Source of the DNA: Camelus dromedarius | Lineage: Eukaryota | Direction of reading: 5' to 3' | Assembly: GCF_036321535.1 (NCBI RefSeq) | Contig: NC_087447.1 | Span: forward strand, 34,102,001 to 34,166,000 | Length of the DNA stretch: 64,000 nucleotides | Shown here: positions 37,816 to 50,429 of the stretch, piece by piece | Layout of the letters: every line of letters begins with the position of its first letter | How positions within the stretch are numbered: the stretch's first letter is position 1 | Position numbers and translations under genes: made by a program | Notes under the pieces: generated by a model | The model's input: the letters and a program-made list of their open reading frames with translations, nothing else | What the model was told of the DNA's origin: nothing | Databases searched by the model: none

Positions 37816-39500
37816 CTGGAGAGATGAGGGTGGAGAAGACTTTAACTCTCAGAGAGATGGTGAGATTCATGGGAACAGCAATCACACCTGTGACCATAAC
37901 TGTGTTCCCTGCTCAGGGCCTGGCTCACTGAAGGTGCTCAAGACACAACAGATAATGAATGAATGCATGCATGCATGGATGCCCAGAGAACGTATTAAAT
38001 CTCAAGAGAGAAGTCCTTCTCCCTACGGGCCCCTCCAGCAATAGGTGAGGTCCAGCCCATGGGAGAAGCAAAGCACGGAGTCTGAGACATTACACACACT
38101 GTCTCCCATAAAGACACACTCGCGTTAGGTGTGACCAGTGCCGGGGAATCATCTTCCACCTGTGCAGGAGTAGGGGAGGCACTGTTTTCTTACCCAGGGG
38201 TGGTATCTTACCCAGGTGCTGCTATCCACTGGCCTCAAGTGACACATAGTTAACTTGTCGTGGCTTAAAGATCTGCCCTTATTAATCACAAATATTTCTA
38301 CGGAGAAAGGTTTGCCTTTTTCTTTGTTCAATTTGTTGTGTATGCCATCTCAAATTCTGGCTCCTCTCCTCCGTGGCTGAGTGATCACCCTCTCCATCCT
38401 TCAGATTCCACAACCCTAAAGGAGCACAGTCACAGTGCCGACCTCAAGGGGTGTCTGGAGGGACTAAACGGAGCCCTGAGGGCAGTGCCCGCCACCAGCA
38501 CTCAACTCGCGCCAGCTGGTGCTGCAGAGCGGGGTGCATTCGAGAATATTCGGGCTCTCTGGGGGACACAGGACTTCCATTCTCCGAGCAACATTTCCCA
38601 CTAAACACTTGGACCAGGGAGGTCAAGCTGGCACAGAAGTTGCTACACACAAGCCAGGAAGTCACGTGTCCTCTCGGAGCAGCCTCATGTCAGGCTGTCT
38701 GGCGACTCTGTTTTCCTGGGCTTACCGGGGGAAGAGGCAAAGTGAAACGCCTACAGCCGTGATGAAAGGAATCACACTTCTTCCCTGAGAGTGATTTCAG
38801 GAAGGCTGAGAAGACCACAGTCAAGGGTCTTTAGAAGTTGATGACTATTCTAAGTGCTAAGCAATACCGTTAAACAAATCTCCATAGAGGACTTAGCACA
38901 CACGGGCAGCAGCAAGTGGAATTTACAGCAGACACCAAGTAGGACTTCCAGCAATGGTCATTCATAGGGCAACAGGCCCCTGAAAAATGTCATGGAAGCA
39001 ACTTTCCTTCTGAGACAGATGGCCGTTTCCTCAGGTTATCCTCAGCGTGGTGGGGCCTGGAGGCTGGGGGATGGGTTCAATGATTGATTATCTGGAGGAA
39101 ATTTGCTATAGCAAGCTCTCTATCCTTGAAAACGCCTGTGTTTTCAATTTGCTCCCTCCTAACCAAGAGAAATTTGGAAGGCATTTTTCTCTTATCTGAA
39201 AAATGGTCAAACTTGCCTTTCTCACCCAATTCTTTAAAATACATATGTGTATGTACGTGTTCTTAAACGAACACAGAGATAAATGTCTACTTTACCTTCC
39301 TCTCGTGGCCTTGGAGGAATGTAACTGCATCTATCTCCTGAGCCATCAATTAAATATCTCTTACTGCCAGCTTGGCCACACTTTATCTGTGTAAAGGCTG
39401 CCAAAAAAGTACTGATCCTCTGGATAGCTCTAGGCCCTAGTTTTCAAATTACCCTCATTAATTAACTTAATCACACACAAAAGTGTAGTAACTATATTTG

Positions 39501-39975
39501 TAGGCATACCTTGTCTTACTGTGCTGTCTCTTTATTGCACTTCACAGATACTGTGATTTTTACAAACTGAAGGTTTGTGGCGACCATGCATCGAACAAGT
39601 CTACTGGTGCCATTTTTCCAACAGCATTTGCTGTGTTTCTGTGTCACACTTTGGTAATTTTCACACTATTTCAAACCCTCCACCAGCAAAAAGATTATGA
39701 CTCACTGCAGGCTCAGATGATGCTTAGCATTTGTAAGCAACAACGTAGTTTTTAATTGAGGTATGTGCATTATTTGTTTAGACATAATGCCATTGCACAT
39801 TAATAGACAGCAGTATGGTGTAAACAACTTTTTTAAAAACTTTTTTTGGTGTAAACAACTTTTACATGCACTGGAAAACCAAAAAAAAAAAAAAAAAAAA
39901 TCTGTGTGACTTGCTTTATCGCAATCTTTGCTTTATTGCAGTGGTCTGGAAGCAAACCTGCAATATCTCCATGTC
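39501..39975 (+). mobile_element. Tigger1 internal-deletion derivative (Tigger1a_Art-like)
   Basis: Tigger1 5' end (aggcatacc...gaaggtttgtggc...ccatttttccaacagc) joined at atttcaaa|ccctccaccagcaaaaagatta to the 3' end (...gtggtctggaa...gcaatatctcc). Confidence 0.85.
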
Positions 39976-42900
39976 TCTGCTAATGACCCATGTCTCTACT
40001 AATGACATATTTGCCTGTGTTAACTCTCCTTTAGAAATCCAAAGCTCTTCCATATGGGATGGAATCTTCCCTTTATTTTTGGTAACCCCCATACAAATCT
40101 ATAGATGCTCAAGAAATATTTGTTGTCCAAAAGATGTCTGGTCCGTGCAGCCCTGAAGTAAAGGCAAAGATTTTGCATTCTGACAAATCAAGGTTTGAAC
40201 AGCAGCATTGCCACCCACTAGCCACTTGACCTTGGACAAGTCACTTATCTTCTTCGAATGTTATCTGTAAAATGGGGATAGAAACCCTTCTCTCAAGTTT
40301 AGGAGGCACAGATGACACGTGATACATCTGGCACAAAATGAAGGCTTGTTGAATCTGACCGTCCTGTTTCCCTCTGAGGGGTCCCACTGGGAAACGTCTG
40401 CCCCCCGCCCAGCATATACCAGGTTCCAAGAGAAACACAGAAGCACAAACCAGTAATCCACCTGCCTTCCTTAGGTGATCACGTTCTGAATTGCTAGTTC
40501 TGTCTGCTTAGAAGATGGCTTTAATGTAAGATTTTCCTACCAACTCATAGCCTGAATAAAATAAAAATGCAACCATGCCCCGGTGGAAATGGCTGGGCCC
40601 TTTCGGCCCATAGACAGAGATCTTAAAATACCGAGTGAGCTATTCCACGTGTCTCTGTGCCCGACCTGCGTCTGCTAAGGGCAGTCCTCCCTCAAGCCAC
40701 TGGCCACAATGGCGAGAACCACATTCTGACCAAACAGAGCAGAGTGTGAGGATGTCAGGGTGTCACGTAAGGAACACGGGCAGAATATGGGACTTTTACT
40801 TGGAAGAGGGAGGCTAGGGGCATGCCACTACATGGAAAAGAACAGAAATGGTCTGTTGAGCTTCAGGAGGCTGGGTTATATCCAGTGATTTAGAAATGTC
40901 AGAAAAAAGAACTCCATTACCAGTTAAAGCCAACAAAATATGGGAGGACTCCCTTATGAAGGAATAATCTTTCCGTCATGAGAAATATTCAAGCAGAGAC
41001 TGAAAGACGATTCACCAATGAATGACAGAAGGGATTCACGGACCGGATAACACGCAGATGTGGTTCCTTCTAACACTACAATCCAAGGTGCATGTCTCAC
41101 CTGTAACACTATGTAAGTGACAGAGCACCATGGGGAAATTCACCTACTTGCATAAGTGAGGGGAAAGACGCAGCAATTGATCAAACAGTCTCATAAATGT
41201 CCACTTCTAAATATAGCCACTTACTGTCATTTCAAGGGATCGGCTGTAGGTAAGTTTCAAAGGATCATGCTATATGTAGCATCCGCATAAAATTATTCGC
41301 GTGGTACAGCCCACATGTGAGTTCCACCACTTGAATGTAAAGGCAAGCTATCCTGGTTAAGAAATTTTCCTTAGCAACCAACACCCTTTGACCTAACACC
41401 AACGCGTGCTATGCTTTATCCGGCGTGACTGGCTGCACAGTCCTGGTCCCCAAACCAGCTGACAGCATCTTTGGCTTCCTGAGCTCTTACTTGGTTTTAA
41501 TGTCCTGATGCAGAGGAGACACGGGGAGAAAAGGGGTGAAAGGATCCCAGGCTGTCGTCTGTCGCTCTGAAATCGAAGTGCCATGTGGTGTGTTCTCTGG
41601 CTGCCACTTTTGCTTTTCATGTTGTGAATTTCACTGAGCCCCCACGTCTGACATAATCCACACTCCTCCCCGGGACACACATCTGATGCACCGGCCTGGC
41701 TCTTTTGATGTGTGCACATAAGAACACAGTCTGGAATGTGTGTGGAGACCTGAGGAGTCATCTAAACTCCACACCCTTCTCCTGAGAGCTGGCCCTTTTC
41801 CTGCCCTCCCATGTCCTCAGTGGCAAGGGAGCTAAAACCTGAGAAAGAAATAAACATAAAATCAATGCCAAATGTGCGGCCCTGAACCACAGTAAGATGG
41901 ATCACTTACTTACAAGTGGCTTAAAACCTCTCTGGCCCATCTCTGTGCCCAGCCAGCAGAACCAGAAGGAAACAGTTAAATCGCTCAGATCCTCTGAAAT
42001 TAATACTCAAAGCTAATGGTCAAACGGGTAGGAGTCGATCATATGGGCTGCAGACCAATTCCACAGCTGTAATGTGGCTATGAAAATAGAGGGGCCATGG
42101 ATATTTAGTCTAATAATGGATTTCAAACATGGATTTGATTTTTACCCCAACTCTGGAAGTGCTAAGATGTGTAAAGAACGACACAGTCACTGCTAAATGT
42201 GTGGGTCACGACTCACCTCCCCGATGAGACCTTGCCGAGACACAGGGCTCAGAGCTGGGGAATGGGGACCAGGGACAGAGATGGTGGCAGGTCAGGATGC
42301 ACGGCAGTAGAAATTCTAATTCAGATGCCAAAAAGTTAGCATCTTCTTTAAGAATGTGATATACCTCACTTTAAAAAAATAAAATAAAAGGACACCAGGA
42401 CATCCTGGAAGTGGAGGAGAAGCAGAAGAGGGAGCCAGCCAGAGAAGAAGGCAGGAGGAAACCCTCGGTGCCAAGTATCTAAAGGCTCTGGCCTCGAGTG
42501 CACAGACGCGAGCAGGGCGAATTTCTAAACACAGCAGCCAAGCAGGCCTCGCTCTATCCACGGCACTGTCTGCACGTGCAGCTGTGAGGCGGAGTGACAA
42601 GTAGCAGGCCTGGTGGTCAGGGCCTGCCACCTTTGGCACTTCTATTTCTGTTTCCTTAAGGACTTTTACATCTATAGCCCACAACTGCTGTGGTCACTTT
42701 ACTAGCGATCATACTGCACTAATGTGTAATGATAAATGGGGAAGGAAGGAGGGAAGGAAGGAAGGAACAAACGAACGAACAGTATAACACAAATAAACAT
42801 TTGTGGAATTAAATATATGACAGGTGCAGATTTTATGTTTTTGTATGATATAATGAATGCCCCTTTAATCACCTTTGTCTTAGGTTATAGTTAAAATAAA

Positions 42901-43372
42901 ATTTAGATATTTTTGTTTTTGGTAAAAGCAGCATGCTGAAATCCTTCCAATTAGTGGAGGGTGCTCAGAACAGTTTTCAATCAATGCTTCCACAAAGGGA
43001 AGAGAAAAAAAGTCAATTCATTTCAGAGTTCCCACGCTTTTTGGAAGGCCACTTCATCTGAAGAGTAACCAAGGAGGTTCAAAGTAAAGTACCCGAGCAG
43101 CCCAAAGCCCCTACATGAGCGAAGCAGGGTTATCCTAAAATAAGATTTGCCAACAGATAAAAGACTGACAATTCTGGGAAGGAGGGAGTAGACCATGAGA
43201 GAGAGAGAGGAGGGAAAGAAGGCAGTAAGACAGAAAATAAATTTGTTAGTCTCATCTATCAAGGCAACAGTGAAGCAACTTCACATCCAGCTGGGTTTGG
43301 GCCCCTCCAGCAGGTGGTTGCACGGGAGGCCTCCTCACCAAGAGACACGGCATTTCCGGGTGCCATACTCAC

Positions 43373-43485
43373 CAGTGAGCTCCTCCAGGGCAGGCTGTCC
43401 ACTCTTGGTGTAGTGGCTGGGCTCCATGGTCACACCCCCTGAGCTGGACTCGGCAGTGACATTCCCTTCGGTGTCTGTCTGGGAC
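43373..43485 (-). CDS. NAV2: NAV2 coding exon (113 nt; about exon 8), SQTDTEGNVTAESSSGGVTMEPSHYTKSGQPALEELT(G)
   Basis: Read by hand from the minus strand. Acceptor gtgtgtgaAG, donor G|GTGAGT. Phase 2 in joins AG|G from the previous exon; phase 1 out. Confidence 0.95.
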
Positions 43486-44512
43486 CTTCACACACAAATT
43501 AGAGCAGACACATTTGTCACAAGCGGTGACCACCACATCTGAACCACTGGAGTCCGACCCCAGCCCCACCATCACCTCCTTCAGCAAGAAGCTTTAAAAC
43601 AGAACAGACTGACACTAAATAATTCATTAGCGCATGTGGAGTGACGTTCTAGAAACAGAGAGAGCTACTGACCTGGAAAAGATGAAATATTCCTCACCCA
43701 AATGGAGGATCTGCAATCCTTCACTGTGGACTGCGTCCCTGCATCCCCATCGGGGCGCCAGGTCTAGCCAGAAAAATGCTGCAGAGACCAGGTGGCTTGG
43801 ATCACTTAACCAAAGAGCAACTTCTAAGGAACCAGCAACGCCAGCAAGCAAGCGATGACGCCACTGACATGATGATGACTCCCCACGGGCCCCTAGATCC
43901 TCCTGACACAGCCGCCTCTGGAAAGCTGACTGTACAACCAGCCAGGATTGGGTGCCAAGCAGGTGTGTTTGCCCTCTAGGTCTGATTCAGAGCTCAGGTC
44001 TTCTGAGATGCAAGGTCTCATTGATCATTCTTTCAACACATGACTGAAATCTGTATTTCCCCACACTTTCTCTCCATGCCCTTATTTGTCCAGCAAATCA
44101 AGGCAAGTGCTTCGTGCCATGTGCTCTTACCACAATTACCTCTGCTTTTTCAGGGTGTCATGCAAATGTCTAATTACACTCAGACACATAACCCTGGGTA
44201 TAACGTTATTAATTCATTAGCATCCTGAGCTAATTCAACCAGATTTAACGCTCTGTGAAGAAAATGCTTTCCATTTTATGAAATGTCTATAACAGGCTGG
44301 GGCGGAGGCACTGATAACCCCCACATCGTTCATCCATACTCCCTGCCTCTGCCTTCCTACTGGTTCCGACGGTTCCCCGTTCCTGTCATCTCTACCTCTA
44401 CAGGACTGTGATACTCCCAGGGCTCCTCTCCATCCCTTGAGCAGACTCCAGGCTCTCACCACCTCTGCCGAGGTCCTGGAAGCACTCTGGGAACAGGTGT
44501 GCTGCCTCTAGC

Positions 44513-44760
44513 CTAGAGGTTGCAAATGACAGCCAGGTATAGAAACCGGCCCATGGATTTATTCTTATTGGTCTGTATGGTATTTTAAAGCTCTTTAATT
44601 CATTTCCACATTTAAAACTTGGGAGATTTTCACAGGAAATCTGGATTTCTGCCTTCTCCCGGGAAAAACAAGTCTGGAAGGACTGAGCTCACGTTCATGC
44701 AGGGTGGCACCTGCTGGTGACAAGTGGTGGCTGCTCCCTCTAGAGAGGCATGGGGTGCCC
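44513..44760 (+). mobile_element. MER102-like hAT-Charlie fossil
   Basis: acatttaaaacttgggagattttcaca...ggatttctgccttctc; ggctgctccctctagagaggcatg. Confidence 0.6.
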
Positions 44761-45969
44761 TGTACCACTGTCCCGCTCACCCGGAACCACACATGTGGAT
44801 GGCCTTTGTGGGCCCAAGCAGGCATCCGAACCACGACCTCTGTTCTGGACTGTTCCTAGGCCTGGTCCACTCCCCACTCCCTCCTCCACTGATCTCCGTG
44901 ATACTGATGTGATCCTGTCATCCACTGGTTAAAGGCCTCCGATGGTTTCCCGCTGCCCGTGGGATAAGGTCTCAAGTCCTTTTTATGGTAGAAGATGCCC
45001 TACATTGTGGGATTCTCCCTTCCTTCACTTTCAGCCCCATCTCCTACCACTCCTGCCCTTTGCACACAGCCCTGCCCTGTGCCCCACCCACATGTGGTTT
45101 CTCTCAGATCATACCCTGCCCTTTACAGTTTTGTCTTTGAAGTCATCATGACCTCTGCCTCAAGGAGCTTTTCCTCTTTCTTCCTTAGTTTGCTCCTAAT
45201 CTGCCTTTAAGGCACAGTCCCCACGTCATCCTGGCCTGGAAGTCTTCCTGACTCTGCCATCAGACAGCTCCACGTTCTGCACGTATCTGCAGCACATTCC
45301 TTATTCTCTGGATGCCTACTTATTACAACATGAGCTAATTAATAGACTAAGAGCTCTCTGACAGCAAAGCTTGGCTCTTTTGACGTGTGCACATGAGAAT
45401 GTAAGTGCACAGACACTTGAGCAGGGTGTGCTGAGTGAACACGTGAGAAGTTTTTAAGTCTAGAAAGAGGCTAGAGGGTACTGGAAGGAGCAGCAGACTT
45501 GGGGGCAGAACAGTGAGCTGGCTGCAGTCTGGGGTCTCTAACTCGATAGCCACACACATCTGGGTAAGTCACTGCACCTCTCTGAACGTCTGAGCCCTTA
45601 TCTGGACATCAGCGGGTAACAACAGCGACCTCCCCTGGCTGCTACAAAAATTACAGGTGAATACAACACAAAAGCACTTAAGTGTAAAGCAATGGAGGTG
45701 TCCAGTGTGACTTCTGAATTGATAACTATAATTCATTACCAGTAATTCTGAAAAGTGATTTATCTTCCTTTTATCCCTTGGTAACATCACTAACATGGAG
45801 AGGTTCTGGAGGGAACACTGTAAGTTACACACAGTGAGCTGTAAACTTGAGAGAGAATCTTAGAGCATAAGAGGAGTCTAAACCCTTTTCCAAAATCCTC
45901 TAATTTAGCCCCATCTTCTCACTTTACAGGTGAGGCTAAGAGAGAGGCAGTGATTTGGAGTCAAGACTG

Positions 45970-46200
45970 CTTTGTGGTTAAGCACCTGGTCCCTCGAGGT
46001 GGACAGACTTGGCTTTAAACACTAGCTCTTCCAGCTATCAGCTCACTGACTCAGAGCAAGTTGTTTAATGATGCTAAGGCTCAGTTTGCTCGTCTGTAGA
46101 ATGGGGATGAAAAGGTACCTAGCTCATGGAGTTGTGAGAATGATCAAACCAGCTGGGGCAGGCCAAGCCCATGGCTGGGTCTCTACACACACTCGGTGCA
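45970..46200 (+). mobile_element. MIR
   Basis: gtggttaagcac...ctcagtttgctcgtctgtagaatggggatg...tacctagctcatggagttgtgagaat. Confidence 0.7.
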
Positions 46201-48223
46201 TCTTCAACAGCTGTCCCTACAGCCAGGTCCCAAGGCCACAGAGGGACTCAAATGCTAATAAAAGGCAGAGTCCAGGCGTCCTGATTCCTACCCCAGCGCT
46301 CTTCTTTCCAGCTTGCTCCCTGGCATCTCAGGGGAGCCAGAAGGACATCACACGGGGTCGGTATTAATGCTAAAATACAGCTTGACAGACACCTTGATGT
46401 TTTCTCCTTCTTCCTCTTTGTGAGACATTTGCGTTTTATCATTAAGAGTTTTTCCTCTTATAGAAAATCTTGAAATTAAAAAAAAAAAAAGAGGTTAAAT
46501 GTTTTAGAATTTTTCAAATGATTACAGCCAAAAAAAAAAAAAAAGGTGGGGGGGGAGTGGGACTGATGGTGATCAGGCTGTCACATATTTTAATTTTGAA
46601 AATGCAAATCAAGAATCTGGGAAGAGCAGCTTAAATATGCATTACCTCAAGGCTCTTAATGTGACTGTAATGATAAAAATGTCACAGGGAGCAATTCAGC
46701 GGCCTCCATGGTTCAGAGAACAACTGTATACAAAGCTGAGCATGGGGACAAGTGCTGAGTCGTTAGCTGAGCCTTCGCACCCTTCTCAGGACTGTGAGCT
46801 GAGCTGATAGCTTGACTTAATAAAAAGATGACCATCTCTCACTTAAAAAGGCCTGGCGGGGCCCACGCTGAAGGGGAGGGTGAACAGAGAAGAGGAAAAA
46901 GCTTCTTAGAAGCCTGGCAGTCCCTCACTGGCTGGACACGGCTGGTTGGACTCTGAAATCACTCGTTTGGACCAGCTGTTCTACCAGTTCTTGGCAGGAA
47001 AAGAAACAGAGCCAACTAGCACATAGCTCAGGCAGGGAGAGGGGGAAGACCTAATTCTCTGGGAAACCACAACAGAGGAAAAATAAACGTGTGGGTATGA
47101 GTCTGTGTGCGTGAACAGGCGTGTAAACACACGCCTGAACACGTGCATTTGCAGGTTCTGTATGAATGTGCACTTGTGTCCTTACTTTCGTGTGACTGTT
47201 CACGATGTACATCCACCCTGACGGGTGTACGAGTGTGTGTGGACAGGTGTGCATGTGTGTACACTTAGGGTAGAAGCTATAAAATAGGAGCCTAGATTGT
47301 GACGTTGAATCACAGGCCCCCTTTACCTGTGGAGAGGTATTAGTTACCATTCAGCAGGGCAGTGTGGCCCACTGCCCTGAACAAGGCCCTGGAAACCCCT
47401 AAAAGCAGGGTTGGGGGGCTTCCATCTGCCCGGAGAGGACTCATCACACATATTAAGCATCACCAGGAGCCAGCGTCCACCATCCTGGTGGGGCCAGGAA
47501 CACCCAGAGCCAGCAGTACCTGGCTCCACGAGGTCTCCCCTGGTCCCAGGGACATGCTGTCTGAGACAGAGAGACTGAGGGACCAATGACAGACAGGAGG
47601 GAGTCATATGCCAACACCCAGGCTTGTCTCCCCAAATACAACTTGGGTTCTTTTGTTCTTCTAGAATAGTTCCTGCTCACCACTGTCCTGTCCTCCTCTC
47701 AAAAAATCCCAGCAACACAGGAGGGCCTGAAAAAAAACACTTAGTATGTGTGATGGGGTGAGAAACTGTGAGAATCTGGAATTTCAAGATAAGCACCTCT
47801 GTGAGAAGAAGCCTCACTCAGCATGATGGTTTTTCGTTTTGCATTTTTTAAAAGGATGCTTTAGGACCAATGTGGGAGCCTGTGGGGGATACCAAACCAC
47901 CCTCCTCGCTGCTGCTCACGCTGCTGCTGCTGCTCCGGCAACGCCCCTGGCTCCCCACGTGCCGGTCCACTCCTCCTCATCCCGGATCAACGCACGTTTT
48001 ACTCCCGCCCTTTAGCTTTCTGCACCCCTACCCTGCAGCGCTGTGTGATGGTCCCTCAAGCACACTGTACGCCTCTCTTAGGAGCTTCTCACACGGCACC
48101 TGAGCTGTGTGCCTCCAGGTCCCTGGAAGGCCATCCCGATTCCAGCCCTCAAAGACCCAGAATCCACCAGAAAGGCTCTTCTGCCCACAGGCCCAGGCTG
48201 GGCAGGCGGGCAGCCACTCCTAC

Positions 48224-49301
48224 CTGTACAGGAAAGGCGCCACCGTGGCAGTGTTGGGGTGGCTGTATTGCTGCTGGGGCTGAGGTAGCTGGACACTGAC
48301 AGTATTGCTTCCTGTGGTCTGGGTGGTCCCGACAGACCCACTGACAGTCTGGCTGCTGATGCTGTGGTTCAGGGTGGTCCCTCCTGGGCCTTTCCCTTCT
48401 GAGGATGCAAGGCTGGAGGAGGAACTGGAGTGTCGGCCATCTAGCTGGGGCTTCTGCTGGGGGAGCCCTGAGCTTGGCTTCCCACCCCGGCTCCGCTCCC
48501 CCTCCTTGGATGGCGCGGGGGCACTTGGGGACTTCCCGGGCATGCTCTTCATCCCTGGTTTTGGTATTCCACTGTGGGAAGGGGCCGCGGCCTCCTTCTT
48601 GGCACTGTTGAGCTTCCCGCCTTTGGGGATGAAGCTGGCGATCTTGGAGGACTTTTTTGGCATCTCGGTCACTGCCAGCCCGCTGGGCTCTTCTCTTGGC
48701 CCCTCCTTGAGGTCCGGCCTCTCTGTCACCGAGGCTCTCTTGGCAAGGTCCTTGCTTTTCTCCTTTTCCTTCTCTCGCTGTTGTTTCTCCTTTTCTTTCT
48801 CACTGCCTTTCGGGGAACTCTTCTTGTTGGTCAGTGCCCTGCTGAAAGTTCTCTGGGCGATGCCCTTGAGTGCGATCTTGGGGCTGTTGGAGGGGGGCCC
48901 TGTCACAGACAGCGGGCGCCCAGCGGCCTCCATCTCTTCACTCTCCTCGAAGCTGGGCAGAATCTCCAGCCGCTCACAGCTTGTGTCCCGTGAGCCTGGA
49001 CCCTCGCCTGCCTTGGAGGTCCCCTTGCTGTTGAAAAGTTTTAGTTTTTCCAGCATGGATCTCTGATTGTTGGGGGCTGGCTTCAGGGCTTCAGGGGCGG
49101 GCCGGGGAGCCTCCGGCGTTGGGGGCTTGACTGAGAGCGTGGTGGCTGTGGCACTGTGTTTCACGCTGACTGACTTGCTGCGCCAGGGCTTGGAGGCCGC
49201 GCCGGGCTGGGGGATGGCTGAGGAGGCGCCACCGCTCTCCAAAGCAGCAGGTGCATCTTCGATCATTCCGGGGTGGGAGGAGGCTGGGCCGGCCAATGGC
49301 T
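48224..49301 (-). CDS. NAV2: NAV2 large internal coding exon (1078 nt; about exon 7), Ser/Pro/Lys-rich region
   Basis: Translation EPLAGPASSHPG...MLEKLKLFNSK...HPNTATVAPFLYR matches NAV2 as I recall it. Acceptor ttccccatctctgcAG (AG at 49303-49302) and donor AG|GTAGGA (GT at 48223-48222). Starts phase 1, ends phase 2. Confidence 0.97.
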
Positions 49302-50429
49302 CTGCAGAGATGGGGAAGAGAAGGAAGCCTGAATTAAACCGGTGGACCTGCACTGATCACGAGGGGTTGTCGGCCACAGTGACATAGCTGACGGCTCCAA
49401 CCCAGGTGCCAGTCTGCTTTGTGCATTATCCGTGGCTCAATTTAAACCCCACCTTGACTTCCTTGTGCTCTCCATCACCGTCTGTTCACATGCCCCCCTG
49501 TCACATTTGGCAGTATGCTGTGTGAAAGCACACTGATCTTAACATCAATGTGCATGAGACACAAGGAAACACACATTTATGGGAAAACACACAGCAACCC
49601 GCACCACCACTGTGATGGTGTACAAATGATGTAGGAAGTATCTCAACCCATAACCCTGTTTCCTAGTTAAGCCAAACATTTGAGAATTATCCAACTTTAA
49701 GAATAAACAATGTAGCCAAGATTTTAAAACAGAACAAATCAAAAAACAAAACAAAACAAAACAAAAAACAGAAAAAGAGAAACCAACCAGGTATCATCTT
49801 CACAGAAGAATTACCCGTGCAAGTTGCTAAATCTCATCAAAGCATAACAGTTCTTCCTACACTGGCACTTTGAAACATTTATGAGCATGATGCAAGCAGG
49901 AGTTAAAATAAAAAAGGCATTTGAGCGTAAGAGTTTGAACTGTGCACGAGGTTTCACTGCACGCAGGAAAACATGCAGGTTATCTGAGAGTCAAGGCTTT
50001 CCCCTTGGCGCTCAGGGAGTATTTCCCAGGCCAGACTCTTCTCAGAACAGCCTCAAAATATTCCCAAACTAGAACTGGAATTATTCTGAGAAGGGTGGAT
50101 TCCAAAGGCATTCTGCTAGGCACTGAGGTGGCCTGGATCACAGACGTGAAGACTGAGGCACCCCTCCTGGGGCAGCACTCAGAGCCACGCAGATCCATCC
50201 CCCACGTCGTGGCAGCTGTCAGAGAGGAGATGGCAGGGAGACCACGGAGCTCAGCACCGGCGCCCACCCACAGCCACGCCCGCCTGGCCCAGAGAGGATG
50301 CGGCACCTGGGCCCTCAAAGACACAGACGGCTGTGTCTGCAAAGCCACGAGGACGCGACTTACCCAGCTGCGGCCACTTTCCCCCGCGACGATTCCCTAG
50401 GAAAACTCCAACCGGAGAGGCTGGCCTTC

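Noticed and set aside
48305..49066. 253-aa plus-strand ORF and other ORFs overlapping the large exon
   Set aside because: Antisense shadow of a GC-rich coding exon, with a non-ATG start and no recognisable domain.
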